A stretch of 64,000 nucleotides of DNA from an uncultured Gammaproteobacteria bacterium (GTDB lineage: Bacteria; Patescibacteriota; Microgenomatia; UBA8517): the NCBI GenBank assembly GCA_964431555.1, contig CAYSJW010000031.1, forward strand, positions 336-64,335. Direction: 5' to 3'. Of the stretch, positions 35,125 to 45,324 are shown piece after piece (position 1 is the stretch's first letter; the number at the start of each line of letters is the position of its first letter). Under the pieces are notes generated by a model. It saw only the letters and a program-made list of their open reading frames with translations. It had not been told where the DNA came from and did no database searches. The translations under genes and the position numbers were made by a program.

Positions 35125-36843
35125 CTAAGTTAATCTGAGATCCTTAACTTTCAACTGAAGTTTTTGATTTCCATTCCAAATGTCTTTTGACAAATTATAG
35201 GCAACATCTATATAAATATCTGGCTCAAGTTTTTGCAAGTAATGGGCCATTCCAAAAGCAATTCCTTCAAATCTAACTCCATTATTTTCAAGAAACAATC
35301 TTAAATGAGTAGAATCTGACCCAACAATTTTCGCATCAACTAATCTCACATTCCTGGTTACAAACAAAGGCGCGGGGTTACCCAAACCTGTAGGTTCGAA
35401 TTCATCAATTTTGTTGCAAAGCTCTAAACTCAAATTATCAAAATCTAACTCCAAATCTGCATATAGTTTTTTTCTTAACAAATCTTCATCTAAAAGCTCT
35501 GAAGCATACTTTTCAAATCTTTTTTTAAAAACTTCCAGCTTTGAAGTTTCAATAGAAAATCCAGCTGCCATTGGGTGTCCACCTCCACCTAAAATAAGGT
35601 TTTCAAACTTTCTAATTGATTCAATAATATTAAAACCGGAAATCGAGCGGGCTGACGCTTTGGATATTTTTTCTCCCTTGGAAAAAACTATTGTAGGTCT
35701 CCAAAATTCCTCAACCAACTTTGACGCTGCCAAACCTATAACACCCTCATGATATCTTTCATGCGCAACTATAATCGCTTTTTTCAACTTCTCCTTCAAA
35801 ACTTGTCCTCTTACATGAAATAATACTTCATCTACAATCCTTTGACGCTCTTGATTAACTCTTCCCAACAAACTCGCAAGTTCATAGGCTTTTCTTTCAT
35901 CTCTTGTGCATAAAAGCCGTAAAGAATCAATTGCGTTTTTAACACGACCCATAGCATTTATTCTCGGTGCTATAATAAATCCCACCTCATAAGTACCAAT
36001 CTTAACCAAATTTCTATCAGAAAAACCACCTTTAACTAAACCAGCTTCATCCAATAACGCCAATAGACCAATCCTTTTTGTATTATTCAAAGAAAAAAGA
36101 CCATGTTTGGCAAAAGATCGATTGGTTTGAATCAAAGACATTTGATCCGCAACGGTTCCTATTGCCACAAGATCTAAACCGTCACTCATAAATTTCGAAT
36201 CCGAAATACCAAACTCTTTTTTAATTTCTCTAGACAAAATCCAAGCAATCGCCGAACCGCTTATCTTATTTGTATGAATTATTGAATCAGCTTTGGGAAT
36301 CCTTTCTTGTTTTTGATGATGATCCGTTATTATCACCTTCAAACCCAAAGACAATGCCTTATCAACCGCTTCATAAGCAACAATTCCGTTATCCACAGTT
36401 ATTATTAGTTTTACTTGGGGGTAGCGCGATTTGAGATTTTCTATACTTGACAGATTTATTCCATAACCTTCTTCAAACCTGTCTGGCAGATAAGGATAAA
36501 CATTTTTGGATAATGAATATAAAGTTTCCCACAATATGGCTGTAGCACAAATTCCATCGGCATCATAATCTCCAAAAATAACTATTTGTTGATTTTCCCT
36601 AATCGCCTTCTTTATTACTTTCAAAGCTTTTTTTACTTGATTAACTTCAATATTCAAATCGGCTAATTTTAATTGGTAAGGCGAAGTTGGATTAAAAAAC
36701 TCCGCCTTTTGCTTTTCCGTCTTCAAACCTCGATTTTTCAAGAGGATGTTTACAATATCGGAGGTCTTTATTTTTTTAGATCCCCGATTAGCAACTCTAC
36801 CTAAAATCTCCCATTTTAAATCTTTTGTCCTCATAATATTCAT
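35125..36843 (-). CDS. recJ: Single-stranded-DNA-specific exonuclease RecJ.
   Basis: DHH motifs IVIFGDYDADGICA and ITDHHQ, plus the DHHA1 GGGHPMAAG. Confidence 0.9.
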   Translation of the reverse strand: MNIMRTKDLKWEILGRVANRGSKKIKTSDIVNILLKNRGLKTEKQKAEFFNPTSPYQLKLADLNIEVNQVKKALKVIKKAIRENQQIVIFGDYDADGICATAILWETLYSLSKNVYPYLPDRFEEGYGINLSSIENLKSRYPQVKLIITVDNGIVAYEAVDKALSLGLKVIITDHHQKQERIPKADSIIHTNKISGSAIAWILSREIKKEFGISDSKFMSDGLDLVAIGTVADQMSLIQTNRSFAKHGLFSLNNTKRIGLLALLDEAGLVKGGFSDRNLVKIGTYEVGFIIAPRINAMGRVKNAIDSLRLLCTRDERKAYELASLLGRVNQERQRIVDEVLFHVRGQVLKEKLKKAIIVAHERYHEGVIGLAASKLVEEFWRPTIVFSKGEKISKASARSISGFNIIESIRKFENLILGGGGHPMAAGFSIETSKLEVFKKRFEKYASELLDEDLLRKKLYADLELDFDNLSLELCNKIDEFEPTGLGNPAPLFVTRNVRLVDAKIVGSDSTHLRLFLENNGVRFEGIAFGMAHYLQKLEPDIYIDVAYNLSKDIWNGNQKLQLKVKDLRLT

Positions 36844-36866
36844 ATCCTAATCATCACTATCTGAAG

Positions 36867-36872
36867 TATAAT
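36867..36872 (+). promoter_or_regulatory. A TATAAT -10 box, 9 nt upstream of the cca ATG (leaderless-type promoter).
   Basis: gaagTATAATaatatcatcATG. There is no SD. Confidence 0.3.
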
Positions 36873-36881
36873 AATATCATC

Positions 36882-38300
36882 ATGGAAATTAAATTACCTA
36901 AAAAAGTCAAAGAAGTTTTGGATAAATTCAATGACGAAGGATACGAAATTTATATTGTCGGCGGAGCTGTAAGAGATATATTAATGAACAAATTGGTTTA
37001 CGATTGGGATTTCACCACCAACGCAACCCCTGACAAAATATTAAAAATATTCAAAGAAGCTTACTACACAAACGATTTTGGCACCGTTGGAATCCCTAAT
37101 GAAAACAAAAGAGAAAGACCATTCGAAATAACCACCTTCAGAAAAGAATACGGATACTCTGATTCACGAAGACCTGACAGAGTCGAATGGGGAAAAACAC
37201 TTGAAGATGACCTGCAAAGGCGTGATTTTACCATTAATGCAATGGCACTTCAGGAAGAAAAAAGAGAAAAGGCAAAAAAAGAAAATAAAGATGAATACTC
37301 TTCTGACTTTATTAGTTGCAATATGAAACTCATAGATTTTTTTAATGGTCAGGCCGATCTAAGGAATAAAATCATCCGAGCTGTTGGTAATCCTGACGAA
37401 CGGATTTCAGAAGATGCTCTACGCATGATGCGGGCTATAAGAATTGCCTCTGAATTAAATTTTAAAATTGAAGAAAAAACATTTAACGCAATAATAAAAA
37501 ATGCTAGTTTAATAAATAAAATTAGCAAAGAAAGAGTAAGAGATGAACTCTTTAAACTTCTAAAATCACCATATCCCCACAAAGGAATTCTACTTTTAAA
37601 AAATTCCCTGCTTATGCAAAAAATTTTACCGGAAATGGAAAAAACATTCGGGGTAGAACAAAAATCACCCGGCAGACACCACATCTTTGAAGTTGGTTTA
37701 CATAGTCTTAACTCACTTAAATTTATAGCCGAAAGAAATGAAGATCCGATAGTTCGTCTAGCTACCTTAATTCATGATATTGGAAAACCCCAAACATTCA
37801 AAAAACTGGAAAATGGTACAATTACCTTCTACAATCATGAAATTATCGGTGCCCAAATAGCCAAAAGAATTGCCGAAAGGCTTCATTTCTCCAAAAAACA
37901 GAAAGAAAAACTATTCAAACTAGTAAGGTATCATCAATTTTCAGTAGATGAGAGACAAACAGACTCGGCAATCCGCAGATTTATTCGGAAAGTGGGAATA
38001 GAAAATCTGAAAGATATCTTGGATTTACGCGTAGGTGACAGGTTAGGAGGAGGGGCTAGAGAAACTTCATGGAGACTTGAGGAATTTAAAAGACGTCTAA
38101 TAGAAGTACAAAAACAACCGTTTACCGTACATGATCTTAAAATAACAGGTTATGATGTTATGAAAATACTCAACATCCAACCAGGACCAAAAGTGGGTGA
38201 AATTTTGGATAAACTTTTTGAAGAAGTCATCAATCATAAAATTGAAAACAACAAACTAGTGTTAATTAAAAGATTAGAAGAAATAAAAAATGAAAGATAA
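36882..38300 (+). CDS. cca: CCA-adding tRNA nucleotidyltransferase with an HD domain.
   Basis: PolyA-polymerase head YIVGGAVRD and the HD motif LIHDIGKP. Confidence 0.85.
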   Translation: MEIKLPKKVKEVLDKFNDEGYEIYIVGGAVRDILMNKLVYDWDFTTNATPDKILKIFKEAYYTNDFGTVGIPNENKRERPFEITTFRKEYGYSDSRRPDRVEWGKTLEDDLQRRDFTINAMALQEEKREKAKKENKDEYSSDFISCNMKLIDFFNGQADLRNKIIRAVGNPDERISEDALRMMRAIRIASELNFKIEEKTFNAIIKNASLINKISKERVRDELFKLLKSPYPHKGILLLKNSLLMQKILPEMEKTFGVEQKSPGRHHIFEVGLHSLNSLKFIAERNEDPIVRLATLIHDIGKPQTFKKLENGTITFYNHEIIGAQIAKRIAERLHFSKKQKEKLFKLVRYHQFSVDERQTDSAIRRFIRKVGIENLKDILDLRVGDRLGGGARETSWRLEEFKRRLIEVQKQPFTVHDLKITGYDVMKILNIQPGPKVGEILDKLFEEVINHKIENNKLVLIKRLEEIKNER

Positions 38301-38325
38301 TTTAGAGAAGCTAGATTTCAAGGAC

Positions 38326-39213
38326 TTATTTTTTAAATAACTTAATCTTTTTTTCTCTTATTTCCTCCCAATAAACAACCAAAGGAACTGCCACAAAGGG
38401 TGAAGAATAAGTTCCCAAGATAGTTCCAATAAGAAGGGCCAAAGAAAACCACCTTATTGTAGATCCTCCCAAAAGTATCAAGGCTATAAGCATAAATATA
38501 ATTGTAAAAGAATTATTTAAAGACCTAACCATAGTTTCTGTTATAGCCCGATTCGCAATTTGATACAACGAACCACCAGCTTTTGCTTGAGTTTCCCTAA
38601 TCCTGTCATAGACAACAATCGTATCATGAACAGAAAAAGACAAAGTGGTTAAAAAGGCAGTCACAAAAAGAAAATCAACTTCCGCTCCAAAGAAATGTCC
38701 AATAATTGAAAAAATTCCCAAAAGACAAAAACTATCATGAAACATTGCAAATATTGCTGAAACACCGTACTTCAAACTTTTAAACTGGATAGCCACCCAG
38801 AGCATTATAGAAAAAGATGAAATCGCAATAGCATAAATAGTCTTCTTAATGAGCTCAGGCCCAATGGAAGGTCCGACAATTTCATACCTTAATTCCTCAA
38901 TTTGGCCTTTATCTTTAAAACTTTCAATTATTTTTTTTACCTTATCCTGATCTCCAACCTCAAGAACAGGCAAACGAAAGAAATATTTGTTATCTGAAGT
39001 CTCCTGGATAGAAAAAACATTTATTCCCTCTTCCTCAAATTTTTTAGAAATATCATCTTTAGAAATACCCTCTCCAAAGGAATACTCCGCAATCGTCCCA
39101 CCCTTAAAATCTATTCCCAAGTTCAAACCCCAATTAACCAAACCAAAAATTCCAGAAGCAATCAAAATTCCAGAAATAATTAAATATATAATTCTAAATT
39201 TCATCCAGTCCAT
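38326..39213 (-). CDS. secF: Protein translocase subunit SecF.
   Basis: GLNLGIDFKGGT and six TM helices, located downstream of secD. Confidence 0.9.
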   Translation of the reverse strand: MDWMKFRIIYLIISGILIASGIFGLVNWGLNLGIDFKGGTIAEYSFGEGISKDDISKKFEEEGINVFSIQETSDNKYFFRLPVLEVGDQDKVKKIIESFKDKGQIEELRYEIVGPSIGPELIKKTIYAIAISSFSIMLWVAIQFKSLKYGVSAIFAMFHDSFCLLGIFSIIGHFFGAEVDFLFVTAFLTTLSFSVHDTIVVYDRIRETQAKAGGSLYQIANRAITETMVRSLNNSFTIIFMLIALILLGGSTIRWFSLALLIGTILGTYSSPFVAVPLVVYWEEIREKKIKLFKK

Positions 39214-39283
39214 AATATTTAAGAATTCAAGATAATAAGAATTACGAGAATAAAATTATTCACCATTCTCCAAAATCTTTTAT

Positions 39284-40612
39284 TTATCTATCCCTATCTC
39301 TAATAAATACTCTTAATAAATTCCTGCTGACTACTATTCCTGTAAATAAACTTATAGCAATCCCCATCGCCAAAGTCACCGCAAAACCTCTCACCGATCC
39401 TGAAGTGTGTAAAAAATTAAAATCCAAAGGATTAGCCAAAACAAACGCTGTAACTAATGTTGCAATATTCGCATCTCTTATCGAATCCCAAGCTCTGCCA
39501 AAAGAAACTTCCAACGCATCGGCTAAATTTCTTTTGTATTTCTCTTCTTTAAAACGCTCAAAAATCAAAATGTTAGAATCCACAGCCATTCCTACAGACA
39601 AAAGAAATCCCGCGATTCCCGGTAAAGTAAGAACAACAGGTATAAGTTTATACAAGGCAAGAGTTAATACTCCAAAAATTATAAGTGCAATATCAGCAAC
39701 CAAACCTAATTTACCATAACTTAATAACATAAAAACCATAACCATAACCAACCCTACTAAACCTGCCTTTATACTCCTGGCAATAGACTCCGTGCCCAAA
39801 ATTGCACCAATAGTTCTTTGTTCAACCAATTTAACAGGTGCCGGAAGAGCACCAGCATTAAGCTGGATTGATAAATTTTTAGCTTCCTTTAAGTCGAAAT
39901 CGCCACTTATTTGAGCAGAACCCCCCGAAATTTTTTCCTGAACCACTGGAGCCGAAACTAACTCCTGATCTAAAAGAATAGCTAAAGGTTTTCCAATATT
40001 CTTTTCAGAAATCATTTCAAATTTTTTGGCACCCTCTTCATTAAATTGCAAAAGAACAACCGGTTTACCTGTGGACTTGTCAAAACCTACATCAGAACTT
40101 TTTAAATCCGCACCTGTCAAGTCAGTCAAATTCAAACCCGGTTTATCCTCTTCTCCTACTTCGGCAAAGTAAAGTTGCGCAGTTTTTCCGATAATCTCTA
40201 TTGCTTCCTGTGTTTCCTTAACACCCGGAAGTTCCACAATCACTCTGTCCTTGTCCTGAAAAGATGATGTTTGAACATTAGGCTCGCTAACACCAAAAAG
40301 ATTAACTCTTTTTTCCATAACCTTTCTTACGGCATCTACAGCAACCTTTCTCCTTCCCTCCTCAATACCAGTAGTATCCACTTCAAAAACCAAATGAGAT
40401 CCACCCGCGAGATCAAGTCCTAAAACCAAATCAAAATTCTTCTTGATATAAAATTTACCCAGATGAAAATCAAGGTCATACCTTTTAAAAACTTTATCTA
40501 TCTTGAAACTTTTAAGGCTCAATTTTACTGGAATTTCTTTAGGCAGACTTATGTAAGTAGAGGTTAAGGAAAGTAAAAGTATAAGGAAAAGTTTTAAGAA
40601 GTTTTTACGCAT
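39284..40612 (-). CDS. secD: Protein translocase subunit SecD.
   Basis: A periplasmic domain followed by a C-terminal six-TM RND-like core (FERFKEEKYKRNLADALEVSF). Confidence 0.9.
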   Translation of the reverse strand: MRKNFLKLFLILLLSLTSTYISLPKEIPVKLSLKSFKIDKVFKRYDLDFHLGKFYIKKNFDLVLGLDLAGGSHLVFEVDTTGIEEGRRKVAVDAVRKVMEKRVNLFGVSEPNVQTSSFQDKDRVIVELPGVKETQEAIEIIGKTAQLYFAEVGEEDKPGLNLTDLTGADLKSSDVGFDKSTGKPVVLLQFNEEGAKKFEMISEKNIGKPLAILLDQELVSAPVVQEKISGGSAQISGDFDLKEAKNLSIQLNAGALPAPVKLVEQRTIGAILGTESIARSIKAGLVGLVMVMVFMLLSYGKLGLVADIALIIFGVLTLALYKLIPVVLTLPGIAGFLLSVGMAVDSNILIFERFKEEKYKRNLADALEVSFGRAWDSIRDANIATLVTAFVLANPLDFNFLHTSGSVRGFAVTLAMGIAISLFTGIVVSRNLLRVFIRDRDR

Positions 40613-41197
40613 TTATGAAACCAATTCTTCTTCATCTCCAATTATCATAATCCTACTACCGGAAAGTATACTTGTCAAAAATGGGTCTCTTCTTTTTTTT
40701 CGAAAGTCAAGCTCTTCTTTACTCATCACCGTGTAGTTAATCTCCTTTCCTCTCTTTGATTCCTCCCGTCTTATCAATGCGGCAAGCTCCGGCAAAACTA
40801 TATCTCCGACAACAAGTATATCTACATCATCATCCCTTTTTCCAGGTTTTCTTCTAACAAATCTTCCTGAAAACATAACGTAACCAACTTTACCTATTTT
40901 ATTCCTATTTTGCCATATTTCTGCTCCCAAACCTTTTGTTTTCGCAACCAAAGAAAGTAAATCGTTGAAAAAAGGATAATCTTGTCTAGGCCAGTAATAC
41001 AACCTATTTCCTCGTTTTTCACTTTTTAAAATTCCAGCCCCTTCCAACTTTTCAAGCTCTCTCCTTACGGCGTTTATTTCCTCTTTTACTTCCCTTACAA
41101 TCCCTCTAACATGGTACATCTCTGTAATATCAGAAAAGAAAAGCTCTAAAATCTTTATCCTTACTTTGGAAGTGATTATATCCTCTAAACTAGCCAT
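40613..41197 (-). CDS. Winged-helix DNA-binding protein with a C-terminal nucleotidyltransferase-like region, hypothetical.
   Basis: An N-terminal wHTH (KVRIKILELFF...VRGIVREV). The C-terminus reads DDDVDILVVGD. It lies immediately upstream of secD. Confidence 0.35.
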   Translation of the reverse strand: MASLEDIITSKVRIKILELFFSDITEMYHVRGIVREVKEEINAVRRELEKLEGAGILKSEKRGNRLYYWPRQDYPFFNDLLSLVAKTKGLGAEIWQNRNKIGKVGYVMFSGRFVRRKPGKRDDDVDILVVGDIVLPELAALIRREESKRGKEINYTVMSKEELDFRKKRRDPFLTSILSGSRIMIIGDEEELVS

Positions 41198-41229
41198 TTA
41201 TTTTAGGGGCAGACAAAAATGAAAGTAAG

Positions 41230-42450
41230 CTAATTATAGCTTATTTTATTCCCTTCTGGAACAGCCTCAATCCACGTCTCACCTCTGACCAAACTAATCT
41301 CTTTCCCCTCCTCGTCAAAAAAAGCCAAATTCTCTTCTTTAACCCTTTTTCTCCAAACTCCTTTAATTACATCACCATTTTGAAAAACCAGTAATTTTCC
41401 CTCACCAATTGTTGTATAAAACATATGTCCTTCATTGTCAACAGGTCCTTCCTCCTTAACAAATAGAATAACTACATTTTTAGCGAAAAGTTGCTGCTTG
41501 TTTTCATAATCAATATGCTCCTTTCCCCCATTGAATCTTAAATATCTATTTCCTCCCTTTTCATATTTCCACAAAACATTATAATCTCCTTTATTTCTCC
41601 AAAACTCAAAAGATATTTGGGTAGCGGAAGGAGAATCTAAAGGTTCGTCTTCTTTAAATTTCCAAGATATATAATTTTCATTCCAGGCCTCTCCTTTCGA
41701 ATTTCTAAAAGCAAAACCTCTTTTTTCCGCCTCCTCAAATATCTTATCGGTGAATCCCGCAACTGAATGCTCCCAAGCCGATTTTTCTCCCAAACGGTAT
41801 TGATCTCTAATAATCACAGGATAACCGATATTAGTCCCTCCATCGAAAGCATTACCTTTAGGTGATCTCCAACTCATTCTTTCAAGAAGCCTAAATGCGT
41901 CAACTTTACTGGCGGTATAACCTGCTGGTTTAACACCCCCGGGACAGCTTCCACAAATATTGTTTGCGCCGCCAACATGAACAAATATTGGCTTGTCTCC
42001 ATATGCAGCTGCCCAATTTATAAAATAAACCCTCGCACTTCTTATAGGTGCAATTTTTACATCCTCAGCCGATACACCACAATAGAAAATAGACAAAAAC
42101 CTAGTAATTCCACCTTCAGAAACCGCTTCGTATACCACATCTGCCTTGGAAATCCCAGATTGGGGTCTTGAGTCTTGATGATTCTCAATTATTGCGGCTA
42201 TTGGACGCCTGGTTTCCCAAATCTCGCGCTCTGGCTTACTGTAAAGTTTCCCATTTATGGGACATGTTTCCGTCTTTGGAAGATTAGGATCTATTTTCCC
42301 CTTCGTAGAAGAGAAATCATCAGACTTGTAAGGTTCTTTAAGATAGGAAAACAAAGCCCAAGAAGTACCTGTTGCCAAAAAATAAACACCAAGGAAGGAA
42401 ACAATAACCATAAATTTTTTACCCGAGAAGATTTCAAATATTTTTTTCAT
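41230..42450 (-). CDS. DUF3048-domain protein (YerB-like).
   Basis: An N-terminal TM helix and ADVVYEAVSEGGITRFLSIFY, which matches the DUF3048 signature VYExxVEGGITRF. Confidence 0.6.
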   Translation of the reverse strand: MKKIFEIFSGKKFMVIVSFLGVYFLATGTSWALFSYLKEPYKSDDFSSTKGKIDPNLPKTETCPINGKLYSKPEREIWETRRPIAAIIENHQDSRPQSGISKADVVYEAVSEGGITRFLSIFYCGVSAEDVKIAPIRSARVYFINWAAAYGDKPIFVHVGGANNICGSCPGGVKPAGYTASKVDAFRLLERMSWRSPKGNAFDGGTNIGYPVIIRDQYRLGEKSAWEHSVAGFTDKIFEEAEKRGFAFRNSKGEAWNENYISWKFKEDEPLDSPSATQISFEFWRNKGDYNVLWKYEKGGNRYLRFNGGKEHIDYENKQQLFAKNVVILFVKEEGPVDNEGHMFYTTIGEGKLLVFQNGDVIKGVWRKRVKEENLAFFDEEGKEISLVRGETWIEAVPEGNKISYN

Positions 42451-42481
42451 ACTTAAAAGATATCCATTTCAACTATCATAC

Positions 42482-42943
42482 CTAAAAAAATTTATTCTTT
42501 AAAGCCATATTCAGGGCTTTTTTTTCCTCATCAGATAATTCTAAATTACTTTTACCCTTTTTGACACCTTTTAGATAAATCCTAGTACGTTCTCGCGTAT
42601 GTAAACCGGTAATAATAAAGCCGTTATCCTCGCCATCCAAAATTGCCAAAGAAAAACTGTGATTACCTCCAACATCCCCAAACGGATTGTATCTAATCAG
42701 ACCTTTTTTTTGTAAATGTGATCTAGCCTTTTGTTCAAATTCCAAAATCTCTTTCTCTACCCTCTTTAAAGATTTAGAAAAATTTTCTTCCTTATTTATG
42801 ACACTTTCCAAAACTTTAATTAAATTTCCTTTTTCAACACCTTTGGAAAGATTACGAAAATATCTAATAATTAAAGTAAAAGCTAATGTTAAAACAAAAA
42901 GCCAAAAAATAACAATCCCAAAAAAATAATACTCCACAGTCAT
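42482..42943 (-). CDS. DUF4446-family protein.
   Basis: An N-terminal TM helix and a coiled-coil. GLIRYNPFGDVGGNHSFSLAILDGEDNGFIITGLHTRERTRIY is the DUF4446 core. Confidence 0.55.
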   Translation of the reverse strand: MTVEYYFFGIVIFWLFVLTLAFTLIIRYFRNLSKGVEKGNLIKVLESVINKEENFSKSLKRVEKEILEFEQKARSHLQKKGLIRYNPFGDVGGNHSFSLAILDGEDNGFIITGLHTRERTRIYLKGVKKGKSNLELSDEEKKALNMALKNKFF

Positions 42944-43397
42944 GCAACTCTATAATTGTACAAAATACATCACCTTTATTCAAACAGAAAATTAAGACTC
43001 GAACATTTTTGCATATCCAATTTACTTTTTTCAAGACACAATCTAAAATGTTTGTCAAATGTCTAATAAAAAGAGAAGAACAAAAAAAGAGAAAATAAAT
43101 CCAAAATACAACTTTTTAATAAGTTGGAAACCTTCAGAAGATGAGGCTAAAAAATCAAATTTTGAAGCTAATGTCAATAGGGATTTATCCAAAGATAAAA
43201 TTCGATATTCTAAAAGTCAAAAAAGTATTTTTATTGCCAAAGATACGGGAAAATATAATGATATTAAAGCTATCAAAAGAGATTTATTAAAAAGTCTCTT
43301 ATACTTTCACCTGATTATAGCTTCAGAAATAATGATATACTTACTTTGGTATAAAAAATAGTTTCAATCTGTCCTAGGAAGGGAGGTGAATGTAAAA

Positions 43398-43535
43398 ATG
43401 TATTGTGTCAAATGTAGAGCAAAGAGAGAAGGTAAAAATAAAGAAGTTGTAACCACAAAGAACGGCAAGAAAGCCCAAAAGGCAGTTTGTGAAGTTTGTG
43501 GTACGAAAATGTTCAAAATTCTAGGCAATGCTTAA
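43398..43535 (+). CDS. Small Cys4 zinc-ribbon protein of 45 aa (MYCVKCRAKREG...CEVCGTKMFKILGNA). It is not in the ORF track.
   Basis: A strong SD, GGAAGGGAGGTGA, 8 nt upstream. The motifs CxxC...CxxC are present. Confidence 0.45.
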   Translation: MYCVKCRAKREGKNKEVVTTKNGKKAQKAVCEVCGTKMFKILGNA

Positions 43536-43581
43536 ATTTTGCCTTCCCGAAAAGAGATCCAAGAGTAGCCTATAAAAGTAA

Positions 43582-44223
43582 ATGAAAGGCTTCTCTTGGT
43601 TTAAAATTAAATTTAAAATGTCCCCAAATTTCCAAAATGTCTTCAAGGTTTTTAAAAGATACTACAAAAAAATTCCGCTGGAAATTTTTGGAAAAAATTC
43701 CTATAAAACTTTAGTGTCTACTATTCTGTCTTCAAGAACAAAAGATGAAATCACACTCGTTGCTTCAAAAAGACTTTTTAAAAAAGCAGATAATATTTTC
43801 AAACTAGATCAATTGGATCAATCTGAAATTAGAAACCTGATATATCCTGTTGGCTTTTACAAAACCAAAGCAGAATATCTTAAAAAAATAGCTAAGATAA
43901 TCACAACTAGATACAAAGGTAAAATACCAAGGACTAAAAATCAACTTCTTCGTCTACCTGGAGTTGGAAGTAAAACAGCCAATCTAGTTCTTAACAGAGC
44001 CTTTAAAATCCCCGCAATTGCAGTTGATACTCATGTCCACAGAATTTCAAATATCCTAAAATGGGTTAGTACAAAAACACCGGAACAAACAGAAAAAGAA
44101 TTAGTAAAAATTTTACCAAAGAAATACTGGAGTGATATAAATAGACTCTTCGTATCGATCGGCCGCCAGTTTACATCAAAGAAGAAACTGATAAATTTTC
44201 TTAAAAAGAATAAGCTTATTTAA
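43582..44223 (+). CDS. HhH-GPD base-excision DNA glycosylase (endonuclease III-like) lacking the C-terminal 4Fe-4S cluster cysteines.
   Basis: The HhH-GPD motif LLRLPGVGSKTANLVLNRAFKIPAIAVDTHVHRISNIL is present. There is no Cys-x6-C-x2-C-x5-C at the C-terminus. Confidence 0.7.
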   Translation: MKGFSWFKIKFKMSPNFQNVFKVFKRYYKKIPLEIFGKNSYKTLVSTILSSRTKDEITLVASKRLFKKADNIFKLDQLDQSEIRNLIYPVGFYKTKAEYLKKIAKIITTRYKGKIPRTKNQLLRLPGVGSKTANLVLNRAFKIPAIAVDTHVHRISNILKWVSTKTPEQTEKELVKILPKKYWSDINRLFVSIGRQFTSKKKLINFLKKNKLI

Positions 44224-44586
44224 AAAGCAAGAAAATAAAAAATTGTAAGAACTGCAGATCATATAATAGGAATTGCTCAAATATTCGTAACCTTAACTTT
44301 TTCTTAATTCCCCGCATACAAAGTCTTTACCAAGATACGGCGCTTGAAATCGAATTTTCTCCTATTAAAGCATATACACCACCACTACTAAGTTTTTTCA
44401 TGGATATTTTAGGAGTTTATTTATGACATAAATTATCTTCATCCAAAGATAATTAGCTTGGAAAATATTTTACAATATCAATCATTTATCTTTCTGCCAC
44501 CTTTATAACTGCCGGGATAGTAACTAAATTATCAGTTTTGACTGCAATTATACCTTCATGTCATATAAACCAAGTCACTCGTTAAA

Positions 44587-45285
44587 TTAAATATCTTCTG
44601 AAAAATCATTATCAATAATATGACCCTCTTCTACATCTGAATTACCCAATCTTTTAAAAATTTTTGCAATTAGATATCCTGATATAAATCCTCCAACATG
44701 AGCCCAAAAGGCAATACCGCCACTTTGCATATCAACTATCGAGCCCACACCGGAAAAAAGTTGAGTAAAAAACCAATAAACCAGCATAAAATATGAAGAA
44801 ACATCAATTGTCGTCCAGTAAAAACCAATTGGAATTAAAGTGGTAATCTTATGATTTGGAAAAAAAACAAGATAGGCACCCAAAATACCCGCCACAGCAC
44901 CGGAGGCCCCTAGCATGGGTACATTTGACGAAGAAGAAAAAAGGTATTGCATAAGTCCTCCAAAAACTCCCGAAACCAGATATACAATTAAAAATAAAAA
45001 CGAGCCGAATTTTTCTTCAACATTATCTCCAAATATTTTCAAAAACCACATATTCGAAATAATATGCAAAAATCCAGCGTGTAAAAACTGGCTGGTTATA
45101 AATAATTTCAAACTGGAATAATAGTAAAAATTTACTTTTGAAGGAATTAAAGCATAATTTTCTATCAAAAATTCGGGATTTATTAAAATAATTTCAATAA
45201 TAAAAATCAAAACATTTATTAAAATTAACAACATTGTTACCAGCGGGAATCTATAAGTAGGATTGCTATCTTTAAGTGGAAACAT
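44587..45285 (-). CDS. Rhomboid-family intramembrane serine protease.
   Basis: GASGAVAGILGAY (GxSG) and WAHVGGFISG (catalytic His), with six TM helices. Confidence 0.85.
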   Translation of the reverse strand: MFPLKDSNPTYRFPLVTMLLILINVLIFIIEIILINPEFLIENYALIPSKVNFYYYSSLKLFITSQFLHAGFLHIISNMWFLKIFGDNVEEKFGSFLFLIVYLVSGVFGGLMQYLFSSSSNVPMLGASGAVAGILGAYLVFFPNHKITTLIPIGFYWTTIDVSSYFMLVYWFFTQLFSGVGSIVDMQSGGIAFWAHVGGFISGYLIAKIFKRLGNSDVEEGHIIDNDFSEDI

Positions 45286-45324
45286 ATTAAGATAAACTCA
45301 AAATTAAAATTTCAAAAATCAAAA

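Noticed and set aside
43059-43361. A 100-aa plus-strand ORF (MSNKKRRTKKEKINPKYNF...).
   Set aside because: Low-complexity Lys-rich sequence, no SD and no motifs. It partly overlaps the upstream region of the DUF4446 gene and is probably non-coding.
44224-44586. A 363-bp ORF-free convergent intergenic region between the HhH-GPD glycosylase and the rhomboid gene, considered as a possible ncRNA locus (RNase P, SRP or tmRNA).
   Set aside because: I could find no conserved RNase P P4 (AGGAAAGUCCGGGC-like), SRP domain-IV or tmRNA tag-reading-frame or 3' tRNA-like motifs. It is probably just terminators. An Infernal/Rfam scan would settle it.
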